Made by a program: the position numbers and the translations under genes. This document shows positions 41,375 through 50,818 of a stretch of 64,000 bases of DNA, one piece after another. The notes below the pieces were generated by a model. It made no database searches. It saw nothing but the letters and a program-made list of their open reading frames with translations, and had not been told where the DNA came from. Location: the NCBI GenBank assembly GCA_020847975.1, contig JADLBD010000221.1, forward strand, positions 1,930-65,929, read 5' to 3'. Position 1 is the stretch's first letter. The number at the start of each line of letters is the position of its first letter. Source of the DNA: Bryobacterales bacterium. GTDB lineage: Bacteria; Acidobacteriota; Terriglobia; Bryobacterales; Bryobacteraceae.

Positions 41375-43414
41375 GTGCGGCGTGATTACCAAGCGACCAG
41401 TCCGCTCCTCTGGGTAGCGACGCAGTTCGGGCGATTTCTGGGCGACGGATACAGGGAAATCCGCGGGCTCATCACTTCAAACGCGCCGGACAATCTCAAG
41501 AAGGCGTTCACGGGCAGCATGGCTGCGTTGATTTTAGCCCTGCTGACTGTGATCGTGATCGCCTCCCAGCTCCATCCTGCCGCTGTGATCCTCGCCGTTG
41601 TCTGTGTCCTGCTCATCGTGTATGGGAGGAGTCTCTTCCGACGGCTGGCGCTGTTTGCCGGCTACTTTCTGTGTGGTTTTGTGCTGTTCATTGGGGCCGG
41701 GCTGATCACGACGGTTCCGCTTGAGAAGAGCTATCCACTCCTGGCCAAGGCAGTCGCTGTTGGGTTGTTTGTCGTGTTGTGCCTCGTGATTCCAGCCCTG
41801 CTGTCCATGAGACCGAGGCAGCAGATCGTTTCGGGTGGTGGAAGATGGGCCTCAAGTGGCGACCAGTTGACGAAACCCGCTCTTACCTTTGCCGACGTCG
41901 GAGGCCTGGAAGAGGCTAAGAAGCAGATCCGCGATTTGGTGCTGGCGAACCTGAACGGGAAGAAGTTCGGCCAGTATGGCGTGTTCAGGAACGGCATTTT
42001 GCTCCATGGTCCGCGAGGAACGGGGAAAACGTTCCTGGCGGAAGCAACTGCGGGCGAGTTTGGATTGAAGTACTTGTATGTTTCGGCAGCGAGCTTAGTT
42101 GGCCGGTACGTTGGGACTACAGAAGGTAATATCGAAGAAGCTTTTGCGCGGGCTAAGGCAGAGCGTCCCGTAATTTTATTCGTCGACGAAATCGATGCTG
42201 TTGGGACGAAGAGACAACAGCTTGGCGAAGCTGATGACACAGGTGGGGCGGCGCGAATGTACAACTCGACCACGAATCGGTTGATGGGATGCATCGATGA
42301 AGCCCGTAAGACTGCTGGCGTCGTGCTCATGGCGGCGACGAACTTCTACGATGGCTTAGATCGAGCTCTGATCCGGGAGGGACGTTTCGATCTTCATGTT
42401 CGGCTCGATCTGCCCAACGAAGAAGAGAGGACTCGGATCTTTGAGGCCCAGTTGGCCAAACGGCCATCGGCCCGGTTTGATGTCCGAGCGCTCGCGAAAA
42501 AAACGCCGGGATGGAGCGCCGCCAAGATTGGCACCTTGGTGGATCGGGCGGCGTTCTTCGCGGCCGAAGGGCAAAGGAAGATCGAAGAGCGGGATCTAGC
42601 ACGAGCCTTAGCAGACACTGGGGGCAAGGACCGCGCCGCCTTCAAAGAAGTCGAATGGGCGGACGTCGTTCTGTCCCCTGATACCGAGGCGGACCTCCGG
42701 AACCTGGTTCGGTTGATGGATCCGATCTACGGAGCAAGGCTCAATCTGGCCGCCCCGGCCGGGCTGCTGCTGATCGGCCCTCCGGGAACCGGAAAGACCA
42801 TGATCGCGCGCCTGATCGCGACGCAGACGAACCGGAGCTTCTACCCGATCACGGCCGCTGATATCCTCGGCGGGGCAACCGGCGCATCCGTAAAGAAGCT
42901 CGCCGAACTCTTTGCCCGGGCGAAAGAGAACAGTCCGTCGATCATCTTCATCGACGAGATGGATGGCCTGTTGCCCCGCAACAATGGTTTTCAGTCTCAG
43001 CACGACATCCAACTGGTCGAGCAGGCGAGGAGTCTCATCAGTGAGCTTGAGCCACAGCACAATGTATTCCTGATCGGTACGACGAACCACCTCGACAGCA
43101 TCGACGCAGCCATCCTTCGTGGAGGCCGTTTTTCCGAAAAGATCGAAATCGGCACACCCCACGAGAGCGGCTACCAGCGGCTGCTGAGAAAGCACCTGGA
43201 CGGCGTCCGGTTGGTTGACGGGCTGTCGGTAGAACTGCTGGTTGAAAGGCTGAAGGGCATTTCACCGGCCGATCTGGAAGCCATCTGCCATAGCGCCAAG
43301 CGCATGGCGATGAGGCGAATGGCGGAGGACGCCGAGGAGTTGCCTCCGCTCATCTGGAACGACTTCACCGAGGCGATGAAGCGGGTTCAAGTTCAGTTTT
43401 CTAAGAGATCCTAA
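41375..43414 (+). CDS. Membrane-anchored tandem AAA+ ATPase (two classic-clade AAA modules, CDC48/FtsH-like, no protease domain)
   Basis: GTG 41375 follows AAGGAG. About 4 N-terminal TM helices. D1: GILLHGPRGTGKTFLAEA...VILFVDEIDAVG...VLMAATNFYDGLDRALIREGRFD. D2: GLLLIGPPGTGKTMIARL...IIFIDEMDGLLP...VFLIGTTNHLDSIDAAILRGGRFS. Confidence 0.85.
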   Translation: MRRDYQATSPLLWVATQFGRFLGDGYREIRGLITSNAPDNLKKAFTGSMAALILALLTVIVIASQLHPAAVILAVVCVLLIVYGRSLFRRLALFAGYFLCGFVLFIGAGLITTVPLEKSYPLLAKAVAVGLFVVLCLVIPALLSMRPRQQIVSGGGRWASSGDQLTKPALTFADVGGLEEAKKQIRDLVLANLNGKKFGQYGVFRNGILLHGPRGTGKTFLAEATAGEFGLKYLYVSAASLVGRYVGTTEGNIEEAFARAKAERPVILFVDEIDAVGTKRQQLGEADDTGGAARMYNSTTNRLMGCIDEARKTAGVVLMAATNFYDGLDRALIREGRFDLHVRLDLPNEEERTRIFEAQLAKRPSARFDVRALAKKTPGWSAAKIGTLVDRAAFFAAEGQRKIEERDLARALADTGGKDRAAFKEVEWADVVLSPDTEADLRNLVRLMDPIYGARLNLAAPAGLLLIGPPGTGKTMIARLIATQTNRSFYPITAADILGGATGASVKKLAELFARAKENSPSIIFIDEMDGLLPRNNGFQSQHDIQLVEQARSLISELEPQHNVFLIGTTNHLDSIDAAILRGGRFSEKIEIGTPHESGYQRLLRKHLDGVRLVDGLSVELLVERLKGISPADLEAICHSAKRMAMRRMAEDAEELPPLIWNDFTEAMKRVQVQFSKRS

Positions 43415-43618
43415 CGATCGCCTCGTCTCCTTTTCCCCAGATCTGCTTCTCCCTTTTGACCTCGTCAAGAGCCCATTAGGAGACTTTTGAAAACAACGGG
43501 CGGTTTGCTCTATTCTGCCTCCACGATCTGGTAGCCGCTTTCGGGCCCGGGCTTTTCCGCCGGGTCTTCGGTGCGGAGACCAGCGCTGAATGCCAGTCAC
43601 ATGGAGGTTAACCGCACC

Positions 43619-43966
43619 ATGAATCAATTCGCAAAACGGGTTGTCGTCGCGCTTGCACTCTGCCTCGTCATCGTGCAAAGCGTGGCCATCGCCCAGAATC
43701 TTGGGGCAGCCCCGCAGGTGAACGTCGCCGTGCAGGGCCAAACCGGAGCGCAGCCGGAAGGCGCGTTCCTCAATTTCGTCAACTGGATCGGCAACGTGAT
43801 TGCCCCGGTCGGCGCGGGCGTCGCGGTGTTGGGGGCGATCGGTAGCTACGCCACCGGAAGAGGCACATTCCGGTGGATGGTGACGGCAGCCGGACTACTC
43901 GCAATCTCGGGTGTCACCCGGTTGATCGAGTTCTGGATCGCCCAGGGCGGCGGCGGAGTCTCTTGA
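43619..43966 (+). CDS. VirB2/TrbC-like pilin candidate (paralog 1)
   Basis: ATG 43619 follows GGAGG. Signal peptide MNQFAKRVVVALALCLVIVQSVAIA, then two hydrophobic helices (IGNVIAPVGAGVAVLGAIGSY / MVTAAGLLAISGV) and a C-terminal RLIEFWIAQGGGGVS. Confidence 0.5.
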   Translation: MNQFAKRVVVALALCLVIVQSVAIAQNLGAAPQVNVAVQGQTGAQPEGAFLNFVNWIGNVIAPVGAGVAVLGAIGSYATGRGTFRWMVTAAGLLAISGVTRLIEFWIAQGGGGVS

Positions 43967-44053
43967 AGCCTGGTCGCCACGATTTAGCAACCAGATAGGT
44001 GGGCCGGTTTCCAATGAAGCCGGCCTGCCGGATCCCAAATAGGGGAAAGCGAC

Positions 44054-44716
44054 ATGGCAGTTCCACAGCTCGTACTCGACGCAATCCGATTTCTGCTGGC
44101 GTTAGCTGCTCCAGCCTCTCTTGTCGCCCTCGTCCTGGCTGGAATTGCATTGCGACGCGAGGGAACGACATCGTTTTCGGTGGGCGGAGGCGGATTCTCG
44201 AAGTGGATGTTCTGGGCCATCGTGATGATCACCCTCCCGCAGGTTTTCGGTTGGTTCGCTTTTTGGGGTGTCGGCGCGCCACTCCCCGGTGGAGGCATCG
44301 GCAACGGATGGATGTCCGGGTTCGCGAATGACACTGTGATCTTCGTGAACACCTTCGTGATCGGCCGTTTGGTGCCGGTCCTCGCGGCGTGGATGGTTCT
44401 TCGGTCGGTGATCGACTGGAGTGAGGGCTATACTCCGTTGGCCTCGATCCTTGGTGCCATGTTCCTACTCGCTATCCCCGCGAGCGCTGCTCTTCTCCAA
44501 GGTTGGAATGACGGCACGCGGTTCGGTACGGCAGCGGTCCTCGAAGGTGCTTGGACGTATACCGCCAGCCGAATCATGCCCATTGCGGCTGGACTAGCTG
44601 TCATTGGAGCGGTTGTGAACTTCGCGTTCGGCCGGCCAGCTATCCGGCTCATCGGCTCAGCCGCAGCGTTCCTGACCGTCTCCGCTCTGTGGCGCTTGGT
44701 CGTTTCGATGATGTAG
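44054..44716 (+). CDS. Polytopic membrane protein related in pattern to the flanking pilin-like proteins
   Basis: 220 aa with about 6 hydrophobic segments and Gly-rich loops (SVGGGGFSKW, PLPGGGIGNGW). The C-terminus AAAFLTVSALWRLVVSMM resembles the C-terminal helices of the neighbours. Confidence 0.45.
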   Translation: MAVPQLVLDAIRFLLALAAPASLVALVLAGIALRREGTTSFSVGGGGFSKWMFWAIVMITLPQVFGWFAFWGVGAPLPGGGIGNGWMSGFANDTVIFVNTFVIGRLVPVLAAWMVLRSVIDWSEGYTPLASILGAMFLLAIPASAALLQGWNDGTRFGTAAVLEGAWTYTASRIMPIAAGLAVIGAVVNFAFGRPAIRLIGSAAAFLTVSALWRLVVSMM

Positions 44717-44729
44717 CACCCGAGGCCGC

Positions 44730-45185
44730 ATGAACTTCCTAACGGGCATTACAAACCTGACGAATTGGACGGGCAACGTCATCATGCCGACGCTAGCCGC
44801 GTTGTTCTTCGCGCTCGGCGTCCTCCGCTACGCGCACGGGCAGGCGCACACCTACGCGCCGTGGGCGGGCTTTCTCTGCTTGATGGTTTCGGGTGTCTTG
44901 CGTGGCATCGAGAAATTCGCAGCCCAGGCCGCATGGAACAACCCGGACTTGGTATGGATCACGCTTCGGGGGCTGGTGAATTGGACCTGTAACGTCTTTC
45001 TCCCCGTGTACGCGGTGCTCCAGCTTCTGCATGGATTCATGTTGTACGCGGGCATCGGTCATCGCATCTATGCCGGCAGTGCCTGGATGCGGCACTTCAG
45101 CGCCGCGGCACTGTGCCTGGCTCTATCCGGCTTGCTGCGTCTGGCGGAATGGTTCATCGCGCAAGGACTGGGCGGCATTAGCTGA
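44730..45185 (+). CDS. VirB2/TrbC-like pilin candidate (paralog 2, internally duplicated)
   Basis: 151 aa. Two copies of (W/N)TGNV..P......helix-loop-helix (NWTGNVIMPTLAALFFALGVL... / NWTCNVFLPVYAVLQLLHGF...). The C-terminus LRLAEWFIAQGLGGIS is nearly identical in pattern to that of 43619..43966. Confidence 0.5.
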   Translation: MNFLTGITNLTNWTGNVIMPTLAALFFALGVLRYAHGQAHTYAPWAGFLCLMVSGVLRGIEKFAAQAAWNNPDLVWITLRGLVNWTCNVFLPVYAVLQLLHGFMLYAGIGHRIYAGSAWMRHFSAAALCLALSGLLRLAEWFIAQGLGGIS

Positions 45186-45203
45186 AAGGAGATAAGAGAG
45201 GCA

Positions 45204-45566
45204 ATGGCATTAAACATCACCCCAGTTCACCGAAATCTCCACACAAGAGTGAGCTTCCTCTATCTGGAATTCGAAGACTGGTTCGTCGTCATCGGCCTGG
45301 CAGCTCTCACCAACATCTTTGGTCGTTGGATTGATCGCCACGTATTCGGAATTCCGATGAACGTGTTTCTGCAATATATCGTTCCCGTCCTGAGCATCCC
45401 ATTTCTCATGCTGTTCAAATACGGAAAACCGCGAGGCTATCTGAAGGACTTTCTGATCTGGCACACCAAGCCTCGGATCTACTGCGGACTTGAGCCGGAT
45501 TCGGTAATGAAGCTCGACTACTTCAAAGAGGAGAGGATCGATGCCAACGACTATCGAACAGCATAA
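45204..45566 (+). CDS. VirB3/TraL-like small membrane protein
   Basis: 120 aa with two TM helices (FVVIGLAALTNIFG / FLQYIVPVLSIPFLMLF). It sits immediately upstream of VirB4 and overlaps it by 26 nt, the canonical VirB3 position. Confidence 0.45.
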   Translation: MALNITPVHRNLHTRVSFLYLEFEDWFVVIGLAALTNIFGRWIDRHVFGIPMNVFLQYIVPVLSIPFLMLFKYGKPRGYLKDFLIWHTKPRIYCGLEPDSVMKLDYFKEERIDANDYRTA

Positions 45567-48198
45567 CGCGTCCCTTCACCAGCCAGCGTTTTCCGAGTTG
45601 CTGCCGGTGCGCGACATCTTGCACGACGTGATCATCCGAACGACCGGTGCTCTAGTCGCGGGCTATGAACTCACTGGCATCAACTCGTATTACCACAGCG
45701 ACGATGGACGGAACCGGACAAAACTGGCGCTCGAGGCGCTGATCCGGTCACTGCCCGAACGATCCATGCGAATGCAAGTGCGCTTCGAGATTGCCGAAGG
45801 GCTTGGCGATCTGCGAGAGCGATATCAGCAGCAACTCCGGAATCAGAATCCGACATTGTTGGCGCTCGATCGCGTCAGGATGGACGCCTGGAGGAAGAAG
45901 GAGCAAGAAGGCTACTATCTGCTGCCGCTCCTGCATGCCTACTTCCACTGGAATCCTACAATTCATCACGAGCTTCCCGGTGCGGCTTTCGGCAAGGCAG
46001 TGACGAAGCGCTTCAACCTCGACGCCTTTAGCCTTTCTGCGAACAGATGCATCCAGCGAACAGCGCGCGAGCACGAGGATGCTTTGGCCGAGTTCGGTTC
46101 CATCCTCTCCGGTGTCGAGCAGACGTTGAGAGCGACGGGCATGGGAGTTCGGCGGCTTACGGACGCAGAGATCTTCCTCGAAATGAAGCGTGCCCTGAAT
46201 CCGCTGTTGTCAGATCGCGCCCCGCTTCGGCGGCCGGAGGCCTCACTGCAACATCGTAGCGCGCGGGACCAGATCGTCAATACGAACATCGAACACGAGG
46301 AAGAGACCTACATTCGAATCGGTGGCCTCCTATACTCGTTCATCAGTTTGAAGGACCTGCCCGATGCCACCTTTCCAGGGATACTGCGCGATCTTGTGGG
46401 CCTCGACTTTCCGATCACGGTCAACACCGATGTCATGATTCCGGACCAGGCGGCGATGATCAAACACTACAAGGGTCGCTTAAAGAAGATGCAGGCCGCC
46501 CAACGGGACTCGCATGGCGGGTACCGCATCGACATCGATGCGCAGGTGGCACAGCGCCAGCTAATCGAAACACTCGAGAATCTAATCGCGAGTTCGCTCA
46601 AGACGTGTCGCACCAGCATGGTGATCGGTATCCGTACGTCGCAACCCGTGCAGAGCCACCGGGACCTCGCCGAACAGGAGCGGGTCTTGTCCGACAGGCG
46701 ACAGAAGGTTCTGTACACGGTCATGCAGATGAACGGAAGCCGGGGGCTTCCTGAGGATTTGGCAAAGCGGCGGTTGTTCATCGGGGGTCTTCCCGGTATG
46801 AGCGAAGAGAATCAGAGGGAGAATGACTGCCTGACCGTGCATGCGGCCGACCTGCTGCCAATGGAGACTTCCTGGCGCGGCACGCCGCAGTCGCCGCTGA
46901 TTTTGCTCGACACCCCTCAGCGTCAACTCGTGCCTTTCTCTCCGTGGGATTCATCGCTCGCGGACGCGAACCTGCTAATCATAGCGGCATCAGGCGGGGG
47001 CAAAACCTTCATGGCGATGTTGTTCTTGCTGATGATGGCTCGACTGAAACCGTTGATCTCGATTCTTGAGCGTGGCGACTCGTACCGTCCCCTGGTGGAG
47101 TTGATGGGTGGGCGTTCGATCGAGGTGGACCTCGAAGGAAGCGTAACCCTCAATCCCTGGGACCTGGCTCCGGGTGTGACGACTCCCGGAAAGGATAAGA
47201 TCGCCTTCCTAAAGAATCTTACCCGCCACATGATCGGGGACAGCCCGAATTCTGACACGGCCCTACTCGACAACCTGCTCAGCGAGGCGATTAGCCGCAC
47301 CTATAAACGTTGCGCAATCCGGCACAGCAACCCGACGCCGACGTTCAATGATCTGCGAGAAGAGCTCCAACAATGGCGTGATGAAGAGCGCATCGAGCGG
47401 ACCGTGGAGGAAGCAAAACTGGCGGCTCTCAAACTCCGCGAGTGGACTGGCGAGAAGGGCGTTTACTCGAAGTTGTTCGACCAGCACACCACGCTGAAGA
47501 CGGACGCCGACTGGCTGTTCTTCAACGTGGAAAGGCTGAGTGACGACCCAAAGCTCGAAACTGCGATGAGCATGATGATTGCCCATGCAATGCAGGAGCG
47601 GGCCTCCGGCAGAACGGGCCAACACAGCATTACGGTTCTCGACGAGTGCTGGTCATTGCTGGACTCCAACGTCCTGGCTCCCGAAGTGGTGCAGCTATTC
47701 CGCACGGCGCGCAAACGCGGCGGTAGCGTCTGGGGCATTTCGCAGACCCTCGAAGACTTCGTCGGAACAGACACGCAGCCGCGTATTCACGGTCCCGGCA
47801 TTGTCCGTAACGTTTCGACGAAAATCATCGGCCGACAGCCGGGAGACGTGAGCCCGCTTGCGACTCATCTCGCGCTGAACCAAGTGGCGTTGGACGAGAT
47901 CAAGCACTTTGGAGCGCCCCGGAAGGGACGGAGCGCAGACGTGCTGCTGGTAATTGGCGAGAAGGCGGAGACCACGCAAACGATTCGTCTCGTGCCAACG
48001 CCAGTCGAGTATTGGGTCTGTACGACGTTCCCGCGAGAACGCGCCTACCGAGCCTATTGCTTTGCCAATCACCCGACTCGACCTCCGTTGGACGTGTACC
48101 AGGAACTCGCTCAAAGGTTTCCAAACGGACTCGCGGACGTGCCGGCGCTTGCCGAAGAGCTATCGGGTGCAGTGACCGGTGTGGCCGCGCAGAGGTAA
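45541..48198 (+). CDS. virB4: VirB4/TraC/TrbE-family T4SS ATPase
   Basis: 885 aa. Walker A: LLIIAASGGGKTFMAM. Walker B: ITVLDECWSLLD. Also ...FRTARKRGGSVWGISQTLEDF. The N-terminal domain pattern LPVRDIL.D.VIRT..GALVAGYEL.GIN is typical of VirB4 family proteins. Confidence 0.88.
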   Translation: MPTTIEQHNASLHQPAFSELLPVRDILHDVIIRTTGALVAGYELTGINSYYHSDDGRNRTKLALEALIRSLPERSMRMQVRFEIAEGLGDLRERYQQQLRNQNPTLLALDRVRMDAWRKKEQEGYYLLPLLHAYFHWNPTIHHELPGAAFGKAVTKRFNLDAFSLSANRCIQRTAREHEDALAEFGSILSGVEQTLRATGMGVRRLTDAEIFLEMKRALNPLLSDRAPLRRPEASLQHRSARDQIVNTNIEHEEETYIRIGGLLYSFISLKDLPDATFPGILRDLVGLDFPITVNTDVMIPDQAAMIKHYKGRLKKMQAAQRDSHGGYRIDIDAQVAQRQLIETLENLIASSLKTCRTSMVIGIRTSQPVQSHRDLAEQERVLSDRRQKVLYTVMQMNGSRGLPEDLAKRRLFIGGLPGMSEENQRENDCLTVHAADLLPMETSWRGTPQSPLILLDTPQRQLVPFSPWDSSLADANLLIIAASGGGKTFMAMLFLLMMARLKPLISILERGDSYRPLVELMGGRSIEVDLEGSVTLNPWDLAPGVTTPGKDKIAFLKNLTRHMIGDSPNSDTALLDNLLSEAISRTYKRCAIRHSNPTPTFNDLREELQQWRDEERIERTVEEAKLAALKLREWTGEKGVYSKLFDQHTTLKTDADWLFFNVERLSDDPKLETAMSMMIAHAMQERASGRTGQHSITVLDECWSLLDSNVLAPEVVQLFRTARKRGGSVWGISQTLEDFVGTDTQPRIHGPGIVRNVSTKIIGRQPGDVSPLATHLALNQVALDEIKHFGAPRKGRSADVLLVIGEKAETTQTIRLVPTPVEYWVCTTFPRERAYRAYCFANHPTRPPLDVYQELAQRFPNGLADVPALAEELSGAVTGVAAQR

Positions 48199-48202
48199 GG
48201 AG

Positions 48203-49051
48203 ATGCCTATGAAGCTCCTATCGCTCATGTTTACGAGCCTGCTGGCGTTCTTCCTGGTGACTCGAGTGCGACGGGTTGTGGCTGTGACCTTGGTCGGGGC
48301 GATCGCGTTTACGGTCGTCGCGCCGCCGGCAAGGGCGCAACTCGGCATTCCGGCCGTGATCGCAGCGGCAGCGCAGGTAGTGAGCACGATCAATAACGTC
48401 ATTAGGCCTCTGCTAAGCGCCATTCAGGGCACGATTGGGGCGATCAACGGAGTGCTCAATCAGTTCCGCAATCTCTGGGAACAGGTCGTGTACCCACTTC
48501 AGCTAATCAATCGAGCGCGGGCGCTGGTGAATTCGATGATCGCCCAATTTCGCGGTCTCCTCACCGCTCTGATGCGGCTGAACGTGTCAAGCGCGCAGTT
48601 GCCGAACCCCGTTTCCCTCGAAAGTATCATTCGCAATCGCGGCACTGGAGACTTCGCTCAACTGACTAACGCCTTTGGCCAAACCTACCGCGCAATTCCC
48701 CAACCGGCGGACGCGCACCCCATAGAACGGGATCTTGCGGACATCGATGACGCGATGGCCGTGGCTAATCTCAAGACGCTAAAGGCGTCGGACGCGATGG
48801 TGGACCAAATGATGGGAGCTGCGGACGCGATTGAAGACCAGGGCGTGAATATGGCTCCTGGCTCCGCGCCGTTCCTGGCGGCGGCGGGGATCATCGCCTC
48901 AGTGAAGAGCCAGGCGATGATGCAGCGAATGATCGCAGCGGCCATCCGCCAGGAAGCAGCGCGTGTGGCGCACGACAACACCGTGAGGAAGCGGAACGCG
49001 ATGTTTGGCGCGCAGTTTCGGGATGACGTGCGAACGATCTTCAAGAAGTAA
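48203..49051 (+). CDS. Secreted alpha-helical T4SS protein in the VirB5/TrbJ position (paralog 1)
   Basis: ATG 48203 follows AAGGAG. The signal/TM segment is MPMKLLSLMFTSLLAFFLV...AFTVVAPPARA, followed by helical heptad-like sequence. Assignment is by position and composition only. Confidence 0.4.
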   Translation: MPMKLLSLMFTSLLAFFLVTRVRRVVAVTLVGAIAFTVVAPPARAQLGIPAVIAAAAQVVSTINNVIRPLLSAIQGTIGAINGVLNQFRNLWEQVVYPLQLINRARALVNSMIAQFRGLLTALMRLNVSSAQLPNPVSLESIIRNRGTGDFAQLTNAFGQTYRAIPQPADAHPIERDLADIDDAMAVANLKTLKASDAMVDQMMGAADAIEDQGVNMAPGSAPFLAAAGIIASVKSQAMMQRMIAAAIRQEAARVAHDNTVRKRNAMFGAQFRDDVRTIFKK

Positions 49052-49064
49052 GGAGAGAAACACG

Positions 49065-49901
49065 ATGCCGCAGATTCTTCGATCCATCAGTCTCCTGAGG
49101 GGTTGGGTGAGGGCACAGCGCACCAAGCTTCTGGTGCTGCTCCTGGTGGTGACTCTAGTCGCCCCACAGCCTACCAAGGGCCAGTTCCTCCCTATCGATA
49201 TGGCCGCTATCGTGTCGGCGATCGGTGCGATCAACACGGCGATCACGAACGTTATCGGCGCCGGCTTGCGCGACATTAGTGGTGCGCTGAACGCGGTTAA
49301 CGGGGTATTGAACGCTATTCAGAGCTTCTTCTAGAACACCGTCTACCCGCTTGACGCAATTAACCGTGCTCGCGGCGTGGTTGGCACAGTGCAGGGTTTC
49401 TACAACGCGATCCGCGGACTGGCAAATCTCAACGTGGCCAGCGCAACGCTCGCAAATCCCCGTCAGCTCGAAGCAGTCCTCTTGTCACGAAATGCGGGAA
49501 GCATCGCTCAGGTGGCCAACCGGTTCACTACCGTCTATCAGGCCATACCTCCTGCGACGGATGCCCCCGCGCCGGTGAGGGATCTGATCGACATGACGGA
49601 CGCAACTGCGCAGGCGGCGTTGAAGAAGGCGATTGCTACGGACGCAGCCTCGGACCAGTTGATGGATGCATCCGACCAACTGGCTGCTGAACTCGCCGTG
49701 GCGGCGCCGGGAACGGCTCCGATGATTGAGGCACAAGCGGCGGCCATGTTGGTGAAGGCCCACGCGCTGACACAGTCTGCGATGGCGGAGCTGTTCCGCA
49801 TCAGGGCGATCGACATGGCGAACACCGGAGCGAGTCTGAAATTCAACGCGAATCACGCGAGCGATACGCGGCGAGACGTAACAAACATGTTCAAGAAGTA
49901 A
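49065..49901 (+). pseudogene. Paralog of 48203..49051 interrupted by an in-frame TAG at 49332-49334
   Basis: ORFs 49005..49334 (real ATG 49065 after AAGGAGAG) and 49377..49901 are in the same frame. Across the stop, ..VNGVLNAIQSFF*NTVYPLDAINRARGVV.. aligns with paralog 1 ..INGVLNQFRNLWEQVVYPLQLINRARALV.., with the stop opposite Glu. Both paralogs end ..D(V/R)..(I/M)FKK. Confidence 0.6.
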
Positions 49902-49912
49902 AGGGGCAGGCG

Positions 49913-50767
49913 ATGTTCTTCTTCGAGCAGACATTCCAAACAGTACTGAATGGCATCGACGCCCCTGGCGGTCCAATGGGAGCAATCACAAATATAGCCA
50001 ATGCGATCCTCCTGCTCTGCGCGCTCTTTGCCGTCTACGAGGCCTACGCGCGAGGGGGAGACGCGCGCATGATCGGCATCGCCCCGGCGAAGTTCCTCCT
50101 CCTAGGTTTGATCGTCTCCAACTACAGCACAATCTTTCGTAACGTCAACGGCGCCTTCAATCAGGTGGCGGCGACGATCTCTCCCAATGATTGGGCCAAC
50201 AACTGGATGCTTCAGGTCAATCAATACTTCAATGGCCTCGGGAACGCGAACTGGTTCAATTTGGTTGTCAGCAGCATCGTGGCTTTAGTCAGCGTGCTCG
50301 TGCAGTTGGTCGCCGCTATCGTCTTTCCGATCGCACTGCTGATTTTCACCATCCTTTACTGCTTGTACGGCGCCGTCTTGTATGCGGTCGGGCCGATGGT
50401 GCTCGCGCTTTATCCAGCCTTTGGTGTTGGCCAACTGGCGCGTAGTTATCTGGTGAACTTGTTCGTATTTCACGCCTGGGGCATTGTCTACGCCTTATTC
50501 AGCGTGCTCCTCACGGCTATCAATGCTCAGAGCTTAGGCGCCATGTTGGCAGCCAACAGTCTGGGTGGGTGGTTCCAAGGCGCGAGTGGAGCGCTGCTGA
50601 TGTCGCTGGCGAGCATTCTGTTCGCTGTGATGGTAGCGCTGATCCCGTTTCTCGCGCGCCGCATTGTGACTGGGGAACTCGGCAGCTCGATGATGACGGT
50701 GGTCCACACGGTTGGCACAGCGTTAGGAGCATTCAAGTTCAAACCAGGACGGGGTGACGGTAACTAG
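49913..50767 (+). CDS. VirB6/TrbL-like polytopic membrane protein
   Basis: 284 aa with about 6 TM helices. The N-terminus FFEQTFQTVLNGID...ITNIANAILLLCALFAVYEAY resembles TrbL/VirB6 proteins, and the position after VirB5-like genes fits. Confidence 0.55.
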   Translation: MFFFEQTFQTVLNGIDAPGGPMGAITNIANAILLLCALFAVYEAYARGGDARMIGIAPAKFLLLGLIVSNYSTIFRNVNGAFNQVAATISPNDWANNWMLQVNQYFNGLGNANWFNLVVSSIVALVSVLVQLVAAIVFPIALLIFTILYCLYGAVLYAVGPMVLALYPAFGVGQLARSYLVNLFVFHAWGIVYALFSVLLTAINAQSLGAMLAANSLGGWFQGASGALLMSLASILFAVMVALIPFLARRIVTGELGSSMMTVVHTVGTALGAFKFKPGRGDGN

Positions 50768-50818
50768 CGAACCAAGGCCTAGCGAATAGCGGCCGCATCA
50801 AGGAGGCGTGTCAATCAT

